Numbered from the stretch's first letter, positions 8,182 through 16,740 are shown. The stretch is DNA of 32,000 nt from Methanosphaera sp. WGK6 (GCF_001729965.1 NZ_JRWK01000002.1:153654-185653); one strand, 5' to 3'. Translations and numbers: made by a program. Notes: generated by a model not told the origin, from the sequence alone.

Positions 8182-9264
8182 GTGATTGGTCAAGCAGATA
8201 TACTTATATTTTTCATAACTGTTATTGCAACAGCAATATTTACATCAGTTGTTAGAAGAGAATTGTTAGCAGCAGATATAAGGGATAATCCAATTGTATC
8301 AGAACATAGACAAAAAAGTGGAACACCTACAATGGGTGGATTTGGAATTCTCATTGGAGTTATACTAGTCTCTTTGTTCTTATTTGGCTGGTATGAAAAT
8401 AGTTATTTACTAGTAACAGCACTTATGATGCTTGTTGCTGGAATTTTTGGAATGTTTGATGATTTACTTGGTTTCAAAGTAAAAGAATATCAAAAGGTAG
8501 TTCGTAATGATGGTGAGGAACCAGTACAAATAGGTTTATTATCATTGCAACCTGGTGAAGAAGCAAGAGTTGCATCACCTAAAGCTAAAGAAGATTATGA
8601 AAAAATTGTTGAACAAGAACATAAACTTACTTTAATTGATGAGATTCCAATTAAAAGTGAAACTACTGAAACAGAAAAAATAATAACACAATTTGTAGTA
8701 GCATGTTTCTTAATTCTTCCAGGAATATTATCCACTAATATAAGTGGTATTGAAATTGGTGTTTTAATGATACCTTTAGCAATATTAGCAATAATTGGTT
8801 CTATAAATTCAATTAATTTAATTGATGGTATGGATGGATTAGCTGCAGGTATAATTGCAATTGCATCTATTGCATCAGCATTATATACTAGTGTAGTAAC
8901 AGGATCTGTTGCTTCATTACCATTTGTAGTAATTGCAGGTGCAGCAGTTGGATTTTTAGTATTAAATCATTATCCTGCAAAAATATTTATGGGGGATACG
9001 GGATCTTATGCATTAGGAACTGGGTATATGGTAGCAGCTTTATTAGGAAATTCATTAATATTTTCAATAATTTCTTTAGCAGTACCTATTATATCTGTAG
9101 TAATAAGTCTATTACATAGAGCACATATTATTACATTACCTGTAGAACCATTACATCATACTTTAAATTATCATGGAATGTCCGAGCAAAAAATTATATG
9201 TTTATATTGGGGTATTACATTAATAGTTTCAATCATTGCCTTATTTTTATTTGGCATAATATAA
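8182..9264 (+). CDS. MraY-like polyprenyl-phosphate sugar-phosphate transferase (glycosyltransferase family 4)
   Basis: Multi-TM protein with FDDLLG, NLIDGMDGLAAG, MGDTGSYALG and an MraY-style His motif PLHHTLNYHGMSE. GTG start preceded by AGGGGGG. Confidence 0.85.
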   Translation: MIGQADILIFFITVIATAIFTSVVRRELLAADIRDNPIVSEHRQKSGTPTMGGFGILIGVILVSLFLFGWYENSYLLVTALMMLVAGIFGMFDDLLGFKVKEYQKVVRNDGEEPVQIGLLSLQPGEEARVASPKAKEDYEKIVEQEHKLTLIDEIPIKSETTETEKIITQFVVACFLILPGILSTNISGIEIGVLMIPLAILAIIGSINSINLIDGMDGLAAGIIAIASIASALYTSVVTGSVASLPFVVIAGAAVGFLVLNHYPAKIFMGDTGSYALGTGYMVAALLGNSLIFSIISLAVPIISVVISLLHRAHIITLPVEPLHHTLNYHGMSEQKIICLYWGITLIVSIIALFLFGII

Positions 9265-9284
9265 ATGAATTTTAAGGAGATAAA

Positions 9285-10754
9285 ATGCAATTAAATAGTA
9301 TTAACGCATCATCTTTAGCAAATATGATTGATGGTGTACTTTATGGTCCGGATATTCTTTTATCTGGAAAATATACTTTTTTGAATAAAGCTTCTAAAAA
9401 TGATATTGTTATCAGACATAAAATTGATGATAAAGGAATAAAAATTGCAAAAAATAAAGGAATTTCTTGTTTAATAACACAAAATCCTCAAAATGATGCT
9501 GTGGAAGTAGCAAAAAAATTAGAATTTCCATTAATTGTTACAACACATATTGAATATGCAACAGCATTTGCATTAAAGAATAGTGTTGATAATTATGCTT
9601 CAAATGCATTTAAAATAGCAGTAACAGGGACTAATGGTAAATCTACAACCACTCATCTTCTTTATACTATTTTTTCTGATTTTGGTTTTAATACATATAC
9701 TAATACTGATGCTGAATCTGAAGGAAATACTCTTATAGATCCAAGAGTAGCTTCAGAATTATTTGATTTTTATAAACTTGTGGATAATATTGATGTTATC
9801 ACATTGGAAGTATCTGAAGTTCAAGGATGGGAAAATAAGTTAATGAAAAATCATGCATTACAAATGATTAGTGCATTAGATTCAGAAGCAGTTATAATAA
9901 CTAATGCATCTATGGATCATATTAATTTAGTTAATAATTTTGATAATTTATTAAATGAAATATCAGGTGCTGCAACAGCAATTAATAAGAGGAATTCTCC
10001 TTCATTATTAGTATTAAATTATGAAGATGAAAATATTCGTAATATGAGTAAAATTGTTGAAAATAATGAAAATGTTGATGTAATGTTTTTTGGAAACTAT
10101 GATTCTGATAATATATTACCTATTTCTTATAAAGAAGGGAAAGGAATTTATTCATATAATGAATTATATGTTAAAGAAACTGATCTTCCATTCACATCTA
10201 TTCATTTTATACAAGATATTATGGCAGCTTTGGCTGTTTGTATATATAAACAATTAGATCAAGAAAAAGTAATAAAATCATTAAGAAATTATAAACCATT
10301 AGCAAGAAGATTTATTAAACTCAAAGAAAATCCAGTGATTATTGATGATTTTGCACATAATCCATCTGGAATAAATTTAACTATAGAAAATGGTTCAAAA
10401 TTAGGAAATAATTTATTTGTAGTAAATGCTATTAGAGGATCAAGGGGTAATGATATTAATAAAGAAATTGCTGAAGCTTTGGTGGAATCGTTAAAAGATA
10501 AATTAAATTATACATTAATTTTAACTGAAAGTGTGGATGTTGTAAATCATTTAAACACAGTTTTAGAGTCTGAACGAGAAATTTTTTTAAATATCTTGGA
10601 TGAAAATAACATTGAATATACTTTAATTGAATCATTAGAAGAATCTTTATTAAAAACAGTGAATTTAGCGAATGAAGATGATGTTATATTATTGTTAGGA
10701 GCACAAGGAATGGATCCTGCAAAGGAACTTCTAATTAAAAATAATATAATATAA
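9285..10754 (+). CDS. Mur ligase family protein (MurE/MurF-like); pseudomurein peptide ligase candidate
   Basis: P-loop VTGTNGKSTTT, central-domain motifs (TLEVSE, ITNASMDHIN), C-terminal domain DDFAHNPSG. AGGAGA RBS. Confidence 0.85.
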   Translation: MQLNSINASSLANMIDGVLYGPDILLSGKYTFLNKASKNDIVIRHKIDDKGIKIAKNKGISCLITQNPQNDAVEVAKKLEFPLIVTTHIEYATAFALKNSVDNYASNAFKIAVTGTNGKSTTTHLLYTIFSDFGFNTYTNTDAESEGNTLIDPRVASELFDFYKLVDNIDVITLEVSEVQGWENKLMKNHALQMISALDSEAVIITNASMDHINLVNNFDNLLNEISGAATAINKRNSPSLLVLNYEDENIRNMSKIVENNENVDVMFFGNYDSDNILPISYKEGKGIYSYNELYVKETDLPFTSIHFIQDIMAALAVCIYKQLDQEKVIKSLRNYKPLARRFIKLKENPVIIDDFAHNPSGINLTIENGSKLGNNLFVVNAIRGSRGNDINKEIAEALVESLKDKLNYTLILTESVDVVNHLNTVLESEREIFLNILDENNIEYTLIESLEESLLKTVNLANEDDVILLLGAQGMDPAKELLIKNNII

Positions 10755-10787
10755 TTCCATATTTTTTTTAATTATCAATGTTTGCTT

Positions 10788-10880
10788 AAAACAAATTAAT
10801 TCATAAAAATTTTTCTTTATTTTAGAATTAAGATTTTATTCACACGTTTCAAAAGTTAATTTAAATTTTGGCAAACACTT
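10788..10880. repeat. Intergenic repeat element, copy A (copy B at 31655..31750)
   Basis: Ungapped hand alignment of 10788-10862 with 31655-31729 gives 59/75 identities. It includes two exact 14-mers (ttttctttatttta and tcaaaagttaattt) at the same 38-nt spacing in both copies. Confidence 0.45.
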
Positions 10881-11300
10881 ATATTTTTATTGATAAATCA
10901 ATTAAATTTTCTATTTTTTGAAAAATTAAATTAAACTAATCTTTCACATACTTATTTTTATATTTTATTGGTTATTTTATCATTAGAAATATAATCCAAA
11001 TATTTTATAAATGAATTATGCTTTTTAGATAATAAATCGGGGACATCTGATTTAATATCTTGTTTAAATAAGAATATTGCTTATTATAAAAAATTAAATT
11101 ATTAGTTTTGGATGAAAACAAAACATAATCAGGTTACTATTATAATTTTTTACAGGGTCACTAATATAAATATTAAAATATTTAACTCATCAAAATAGAT
11201 ATTTAATTATGAAGAATTTTTTTGATTCATCTTTTGATTAATAATATATAATTTATGATTATAATAATAATTTTTAACATTAAATAAAGGGGTGTAGTAT

Positions 11301-12740
11301 ATGATATTTAATTCATGCCTTGTAGTAGGAGCAGGAAATGCTGGACGTCCAGTAGCCAGATTATTAAATCATCAGGGGGTAAATGTTACAATAACGGATT
11401 CAAAAACATATGATGAATTCACAACTAGACGTCAAGGAATGTTAGATATTTTGAAAAAAGAAGGTGTGGTTCTTGATTTAGGGGTTAAAACACCTGTTAT
11501 TGATGATTTTGATGCAGTATTTTTAGCACCAACAATACCTGATACAGCACCTATTCGTAAAGAAATAGAAAATCAATCTAAAATAATAGTTACGGGAAAA
11601 ACAATTAGTAATATAGTAAATGAAATAATTGATATGGATAAAATTGGAATCACTGGATCTTTTGGAAAAACCACTACAACAGACATGTTAACAAATATTT
11701 TTAAAGCTGCAGGATTTAATGTTTATCAATGTTCTTCCATGAAATGGAATTTAGTAAGTGAAGCAATTGTGGATGATATTGTAAAGGGAGAATATAAAGG
11801 TGCAGATATTGCTATACTAGAATTACCTCATGGAACTCTTGGTTTATTATCTGATCTTGATTTAAAAATTGGTGTTTTAACTAATCTTAGACCAGAACAT
11901 TTATGTGAATTTGGTGGATCTATGCAGAAATATGTTGATCGTAAAGAATGTATTTTACCTGCAAGTAATACTCTTGTTGCAAATGTTCAGTGTGGTGATT
12001 TATTAACATACAAAAGGGATGATACAATATACTTCAATTTTGAAAATGATGAAGAAGTAGATATCGAAAAATATGTTCCTATGTATGAAGGATACTATAA
12101 TGATAATCAGTATTATATTAAAGTCACACAGGATGGGAATGTAATTGAAACAAGTATTGATATTGATACAATTGCATTTTATAATTATGAAAATTTAACT
12201 GCAGCAGTTGCTACGAGTATGACTTATGGATTATCTATAGATGATGTTAAAAAAGGTATTGCATTGTTCACAGGAGTGGGTGGACGTATGGAATATCTTG
12301 GAAAATATAATGGTGTTGATGCATATTATGATGCTTCATATGGTGATCAAAGTGTAAGACAAGCTTTAGAGGCTATTAAAGATGAACATTTGATTATATT
12401 ATACAATACTGTTGATTCAACAACGGTACGTGATAAAGCTGAAAGTGGTCGTGTAATAGGTGATTATGCTAATATGGTTATAGCAACAGGTTATGTTGAG
12501 ATAACGGATACTTTGAATATGAATTCTGCAATTGAATTATTAAGTGCTATTGAAAATGATGATGTTATAAAATTAGCAGTATGTACTATTGATGAAGCTG
12601 CTGAATTAGCAATGAAATATGCAAAACCTGGTGATATAATAGTGCATCTAGGTCCTGGTGCATCTAATTCTTATGATCAAGTAAAAAATAGGATGCTTAA
12701 CGGTTTAATGGAAGGAAGTAAACGTTATGGAAATAACTAG
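11301..12740 (+). CDS. Mur ligase family protein (MurD-like N-terminal Rossmann domain); pseudomurein peptide ligase candidate
   Basis: N-terminus VVGAGNAGRPVARLL, P-loop ITGSFGKTTTT, TNLRPEHL, GVGGRMEY. RBS AAAGGGGTG. Confidence 0.85.
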   Translation: MIFNSCLVVGAGNAGRPVARLLNHQGVNVTITDSKTYDEFTTRRQGMLDILKKEGVVLDLGVKTPVIDDFDAVFLAPTIPDTAPIRKEIENQSKIIVTGKTISNIVNEIIDMDKIGITGSFGKTTTTDMLTNIFKAAGFNVYQCSSMKWNLVSEAIVDDIVKGEYKGADIAILELPHGTLGLLSDLDLKIGVLTNLRPEHLCEFGGSMQKYVDRKECILPASNTLVANVQCGDLLTYKRDDTIYFNFENDEEVDIEKYVPMYEGYYNDNQYYIKVTQDGNVIETSIDIDTIAFYNYENLTAAVATSMTYGLSIDDVKKGIALFTGVGGRMEYLGKYNGVDAYYDASYGDQSVRQALEAIKDEHLIILYNTVDSTTVRDKAESGRVIGDYANMVIATGYVEITDTLNMNSAIELLSAIENDDVIKLAVCTIDEAAELAMKYAKPGDIIVHLGPGASNSYDQVKNRMLNGLMEGSKRYGNN

Positions 12741-14271
12741 TATAACTAAAGATACAGTATTTGGTGTAATTGGTGTATGTGGAATTAATGGTAATCTTAT
12801 TGCTAGAATATTGATGGATCATGGTTTTAAAGTACAAGCTAATGACATGGTAAATGAAGATAAATGTAGATTTAAAAATGCTTTAGATGATTATCCTGAT
12901 ATGGATATATATTATGGTCAAATACCTGAAACATTTTTTACTACTACTGATTACATGATACTTCCAACAGCATTAATTAAATCTAATTCTAAATTATATC
13001 AAAAAGTAATAGGGTATAATATTCCTATCTTAACAGTAAAAGATATTTTGGAAATGTTTGAACCAGTACATCCTGTTATATGTATCACAGGAACTAATGG
13101 TAAAACAACTACAACTAATTTATTAAAACATATTGCTTATAGTGGTAATTTAAAGCCTTGTGAACATAATTTGGAAGGAATGCAGGGAAATGCTGCAGAT
13201 ATACCTTCATTACAATCTAGATTAAATGGTGATGTAAATATCTTGGAAACAGGTACTTTTGGATATGCTGGAAGTTTAACTAGATTAGCTAAGCCATGTA
13301 AACCGGATGTTGGATTAATAACAAATATAACTCCTGATCATTTATCAGAAAATTCTGATTTTTTAAATTATGCTAGAGTCAAAGGTGAACTTGTTGAATT
13401 ACTAAATAATAAAACACTTATTATAAACAATGATGATCCTACAATAAAAGGATTATTGAATGAATTAAAATATGATGGGGATCTTATTTCTTTCGGTATT
13501 GATTTTAAATCAACAAATACTGCTTCAAAGAAATGTTTCTGTGGTAAAGATATTGAATTAAAGGAAGTTATAGCAGGAGTAGGAAAATATAATTGTGATT
13601 GTGGTGTAGAATATAGTATGCCTGATTATCTTGTTTATAATATAAATGATGCTCATAATGAATTTATATTAAAAACTCCTGATAATGAAGAAATATTTTT
13701 TAAATTAAGTATAACTGGAATACATAATATATATAATGCAACAGGTGCTATAATTATAGCTCATGAAATATTAAATATTTCGTATGATACTATTAAAAAA
13801 GCAATATTATCGTTCACGGGTGTTTCAGGACGTATGGAATTAATAGGAGAAAGTCATGATAAAAAAATAATGGTTGATTATGCACATAATCCTGCTGGAA
13901 TAACAACAGTCATGAAAGAACTAAAAAATAGTTATAAAACAATAATCAATGTAATAACAACATCGTCCGAATCTGGATTAAATGGTGATAAACAAATACT
14001 TGATTGTTCTGCAGAATATGCTGATTATATTGTACCTGCTTCACATAATTCCTATATTTGTGCTAAAAATGCCTTGGATGATGGATTATATATGAATAAA
14101 ATTATTTTACCTGAAAATATGCCAGAAGGGGGTAAGGATGGAACATTAGGTGCAACAAAAAATCAAGTATTATGTGGATTTAAAAAAGCATTAAGTATAG
14201 ATGCTGATTTGGTGGTTTGTACTGGTGAAGCTGCATTTAAATATAAAGATATCATTAAAAATAATGAATAA
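12727..14271 (+). CDS. Mur ligase family protein (MurC/MurD-like) with a Cys4 insertion; pseudomurein peptide ligase candidate
   Basis: P-loop ITGTNGKTTTT, ITNITPDHL, GVSGRMEL, DYAHNPAG. It overlaps the upstream ligase gene by 14 nt, which suggests translational coupling. Insert CFCGK-x17-CDCG. Confidence 0.85.
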   Translation: MEITSITKDTVFGVIGVCGINGNLIARILMDHGFKVQANDMVNEDKCRFKNALDDYPDMDIYYGQIPETFFTTTDYMILPTALIKSNSKLYQKVIGYNIPILTVKDILEMFEPVHPVICITGTNGKTTTTNLLKHIAYSGNLKPCEHNLEGMQGNAADIPSLQSRLNGDVNILETGTFGYAGSLTRLAKPCKPDVGLITNITPDHLSENSDFLNYARVKGELVELLNNKTLIINNDDPTIKGLLNELKYDGDLISFGIDFKSTNTASKKCFCGKDIELKEVIAGVGKYNCDCGVEYSMPDYLVYNINDAHNEFILKTPDNEEIFFKLSITGIHNIYNATGAIIIAHEILNISYDTIKKAILSFTGVSGRMELIGESHDKKIMVDYAHNPAGITTVMKELKNSYKTIINVITTSSESGLNGDKQILDCSAEYADYIVPASHNSYICAKNALDDGLYMNKIILPENMPEGGKDGTLGATKNQVLCGFKKALSIDADLVVCTGEAAFKYKDIIKNNE

Positions 14272-14503
14272 TCTTTTTTAGTTTTTTTTAAGAGATTATT
14301 TGTCTGTATTTATTTACTCTTTTTTTTATTATTGTTATTATTAAATAGTATAAAATTAAAAATATAATTATAGATATATAATGTAAAATTTATTATAGGA
14401 TAATCTATTATAACATTATATTTGATTAAGAATTATACTCTTGAGTGTTCGGGTTTAAATTGGACATTTATCTAGAATTCTTAGAATATAAGAAGGTGAA
14501 ATT

Positions 14504-14980
14504 TTGTTTATAAAGATTAGGAGAGATACTTTAATTATTTTAATCTTAGCATTTGTTTTAATTTTATCTGGACGTGCAATGAGCTATGTTGCATTTGCTT
14601 CATCAAATAGTACTGATGAAGGGATTCCAATAGCAGGTGTAATGATTAAAGGTAATGATATAATTCCTACTAGTACTATAAAAGCTAATGTTGAATCAGC
14701 AGGTTTTAGGGATGGTAGTTATATCAATGGAAATACATTAATCACATCTCAAAGACAATTACTTCTAGAAGATGCTAAAAATAATGCAGAACAAATGGTT
14801 AAAAAGTCAACAATACCAGGTACTTCAATAGCACCTATAAATGCAGTGGATGTACAAGTTGATGAAAATACAGGAAATGTTGTTGTTACAGTAGTTGAAG
14901 ATTTCTCAATATTACAAACAAACGCAACAAATACAACAAATAGTTCTTTAAATTATGAAGGGACTTCTGAATCAGGATAA
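14504..14980 (+). CDS. Small N-terminally membrane-anchored or secreted protein of unknown function (POTRA-like pattern)
   Basis: TTG start with AAGGTGA RBS 5 nt upstream. N-terminal basic and hydrophobic segment (KIRRDTLIILILAFVLILSG). Ser/Thr/Asn-rich tail with NxT/S sequons. Confidence 0.6.
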   Translation: MFIKIRRDTLIILILAFVLILSGRAMSYVAFASSNSTDEGIPIAGVMIKGNDIIPTSTIKANVESAGFRDGSYINGNTLITSQRQLLLEDAKNNAEQMVKKSTIPGTSIAPINAVDVQVDENTGNVVVTVVEDFSILQTNATNTTNSSLNYEGTSESG

Positions 14981-14990
14981 TGGTGGAAAT

Positions 14991-16247
14991 ATGGTTAGTA
15001 AATCTAAAGTAGCATTGTTTTTGATTATAATAATGTTGTTTTCAAGTGTAGTATCAGCAACAATGAATGTAGCAGTTATAACTGATCCTACTGGAAAGGA
15101 TCCTAATGGTTGTGCTGCAGGAAGTCAATCATTTGCGTCAAATATGTTTCAATCAACATTTATTTTTTCACAAGAACATAAAATGGCACTCCTATCAGGG
15201 GGAGAAGGTACATCTGATGTTCGTGTAACTGCAATTATAAGTGCACTTACTCAACTTCAAAATAATGGAACACCCTCTGAAGTAGTTAGTGTTGCTCAAA
15301 ATTATGAAGGAATTCGTTTAATGGCTGTAAATCCTACTCAAGGTATAGCTGTAGGTGGAGATTTTGAAGTATATGTTATTACAGTAGATAATAACAGTAC
15401 AGTTAAAGTTCAGGCAGCAAGTGGGGGTATAGCAACAGTACCTGCAGGTACTAAAGGAGCAATAATACATCTTCGTAATTCTGAAGGAAATCCAAAAGCA
15501 GGAACTGCTGATACAGTACGTTTACAAACAGCAATGAATATTGGTAAAATGATACGGGATGGATATCCAGCAACAACCATTGTTGCAGAGGCATTTGGTG
15601 AAGTAGCTAGAGATTCTGGAGAAGATCATGGTGGTGGAGCAATAAATCTTGTATCTGGAGTAACTACTGGTGATATGTTTACACCAGAACAGTTAAATGA
15701 CACGGGTTATGAAATGGAACAACCATATAGTAAAGTAAGTAGTTCTGGTTGGAGTGTAGGTTATCCTGAAGCAGATAATTATCAAGTATCTCCTGTTGAT
15801 GGAAGTCCACTCACGGTGGTTTATGCTTATGAGGCTTTGGGAAATGCGATAACAGTATCTGATGATAATCCATCTGTATCAACATATGGATCTGATGAAA
15901 AAGGAATTTCTGAAGCAACAACAAGTGTTGTTAATTATGCTGTAAGACGAAATGGTTATGATCCTGTGAAAATAGCTCAATCAATAAATAAAGCTATTGA
16001 TAGTGGATCTATTATTGGTGTGGAATATGTGGATTCAAGTGATATTAATGTTAAAGAAAACATTAAAGCAGTAGGAGTATATTATACACCTACAGCAAAT
16101 GGACGAAGTTCACCATCATGGGATTTACCGTTGGATTCATCTATATTTGATATATTGGGTAATATTCAAAGTGTAATTGGTATTTTATTAATATTGCTTG
16201 CTTTGTTTAGAAGTACATTAATTAAATCATTCTTCAGAAGAAGATAA
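14991..16247 (+). CDS. Exported protein of unknown function with signal peptide and C-terminal TM anchor
   Basis: I start at ATG 14991, which is in frame with the track's 14955 but lies after the upstream stop at 14978-14980 and has a GGTGGA RBS. Signal peptide MVSKSKVALFLIIIMLFSSVVSA. C-terminus VIGILLILLALF followed by the basic tail KSFFRRR. Confidence 0.65.
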   Translation: MVSKSKVALFLIIIMLFSSVVSATMNVAVITDPTGKDPNGCAAGSQSFASNMFQSTFIFSQEHKMALLSGGEGTSDVRVTAIISALTQLQNNGTPSEVVSVAQNYEGIRLMAVNPTQGIAVGGDFEVYVITVDNNSTVKVQAASGGIATVPAGTKGAIIHLRNSEGNPKAGTADTVRLQTAMNIGKMIRDGYPATTIVAEAFGEVARDSGEDHGGGAINLVSGVTTGDMFTPEQLNDTGYEMEQPYSKVSSSGWSVGYPEADNYQVSPVDGSPLTVVYAYEALGNAITVSDDNPSVSTYGSDEKGISEATTSVVNYAVRRNGYDPVKIAQSINKAIDSGSIIGVEYVDSSDINVKENIKAVGVYYTPTANGRSSPSWDLPLDSSIFDILGNIQSVIGILLILLALFRSTLIKSFFRRR

Positions 16248-16338
16248 TCTTCTTTTATTTTTATTTTTTTTAAACAAATAAAATTATCTAAATTTTTAGA
16301 ATTAAATAAATTATTTTATATTTGATAGGAGTTAAATA

Positions 16339-16725
16339 ATGGCATTAATCTTGATAAGAGCTATGAATAAGAAAAAAGCATTAAATGGGCTTGCTGATTT
16401 AGAACGTCATGCTAAGTTGACAATAATGGGTAAACCTAAATTAATTTCATTAGATAAAGTACATAATGTTACAAAAAGAGTTATTAAACAAGAACCACGT
16501 AATGATATTAAACTTGCAATTTTAATTAAAGTTCAAGAGGATACAACTGTAAGTATTATGAATCTAAGAAAAATTCATCCTCCTGTTCATGTTATTGTTA
16601 TTAGTGAGGAATATCCTGAGTTTACAGAGTTAAATAAGGAATTTAATAAAGCAAAAATATTCGATGGATATTATTCATTTAAAAAAAGATCTTTAAAAAA
16701 TAGTACTAATTCAAATAAAAAGTAG
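16339..16725 (+). CDS. Hypothetical small basic protein
   Basis: 128-aa ORF with AGGAG RBS 8 nt upstream and an upstream T-run and TATA-like sequence. I recognise no motif. Confidence 0.45.
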   Translation: MALILIRAMNKKKALNGLADLERHAKLTIMGKPKLISLDKVHNVTKRVIKQEPRNDIKLAILIKVQEDTTVSIMNLRKIHPPVHVIVISEEYPEFTELNKEFNKAKIFDGYYSFKKRSLKNSTNSNKK

Positions 16726-16740
16726 GAAGTTAATAATATA

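Noticed and set aside
11129-11200. Possible second box C/D sRNA on the minus strand (UUGAUGAG ... CUGA)
   Set aside because: The C-to-D distance is about 54 nt, with no acceptable D'/C' boxes at 12-nt guide spacing and no terminal stem. It does not fit archaeal C/D architecture.
14427-14483. 8-bp inverted repeat taagaatt ... aattctta upstream of the POTRA-like gene
   Set aside because: The arms are short with a spacer of about 40 nt, and the second arm contains an EcoRI-like palindrome that is itself self-complementary. The evidence for a regulatory hairpin is insufficient.
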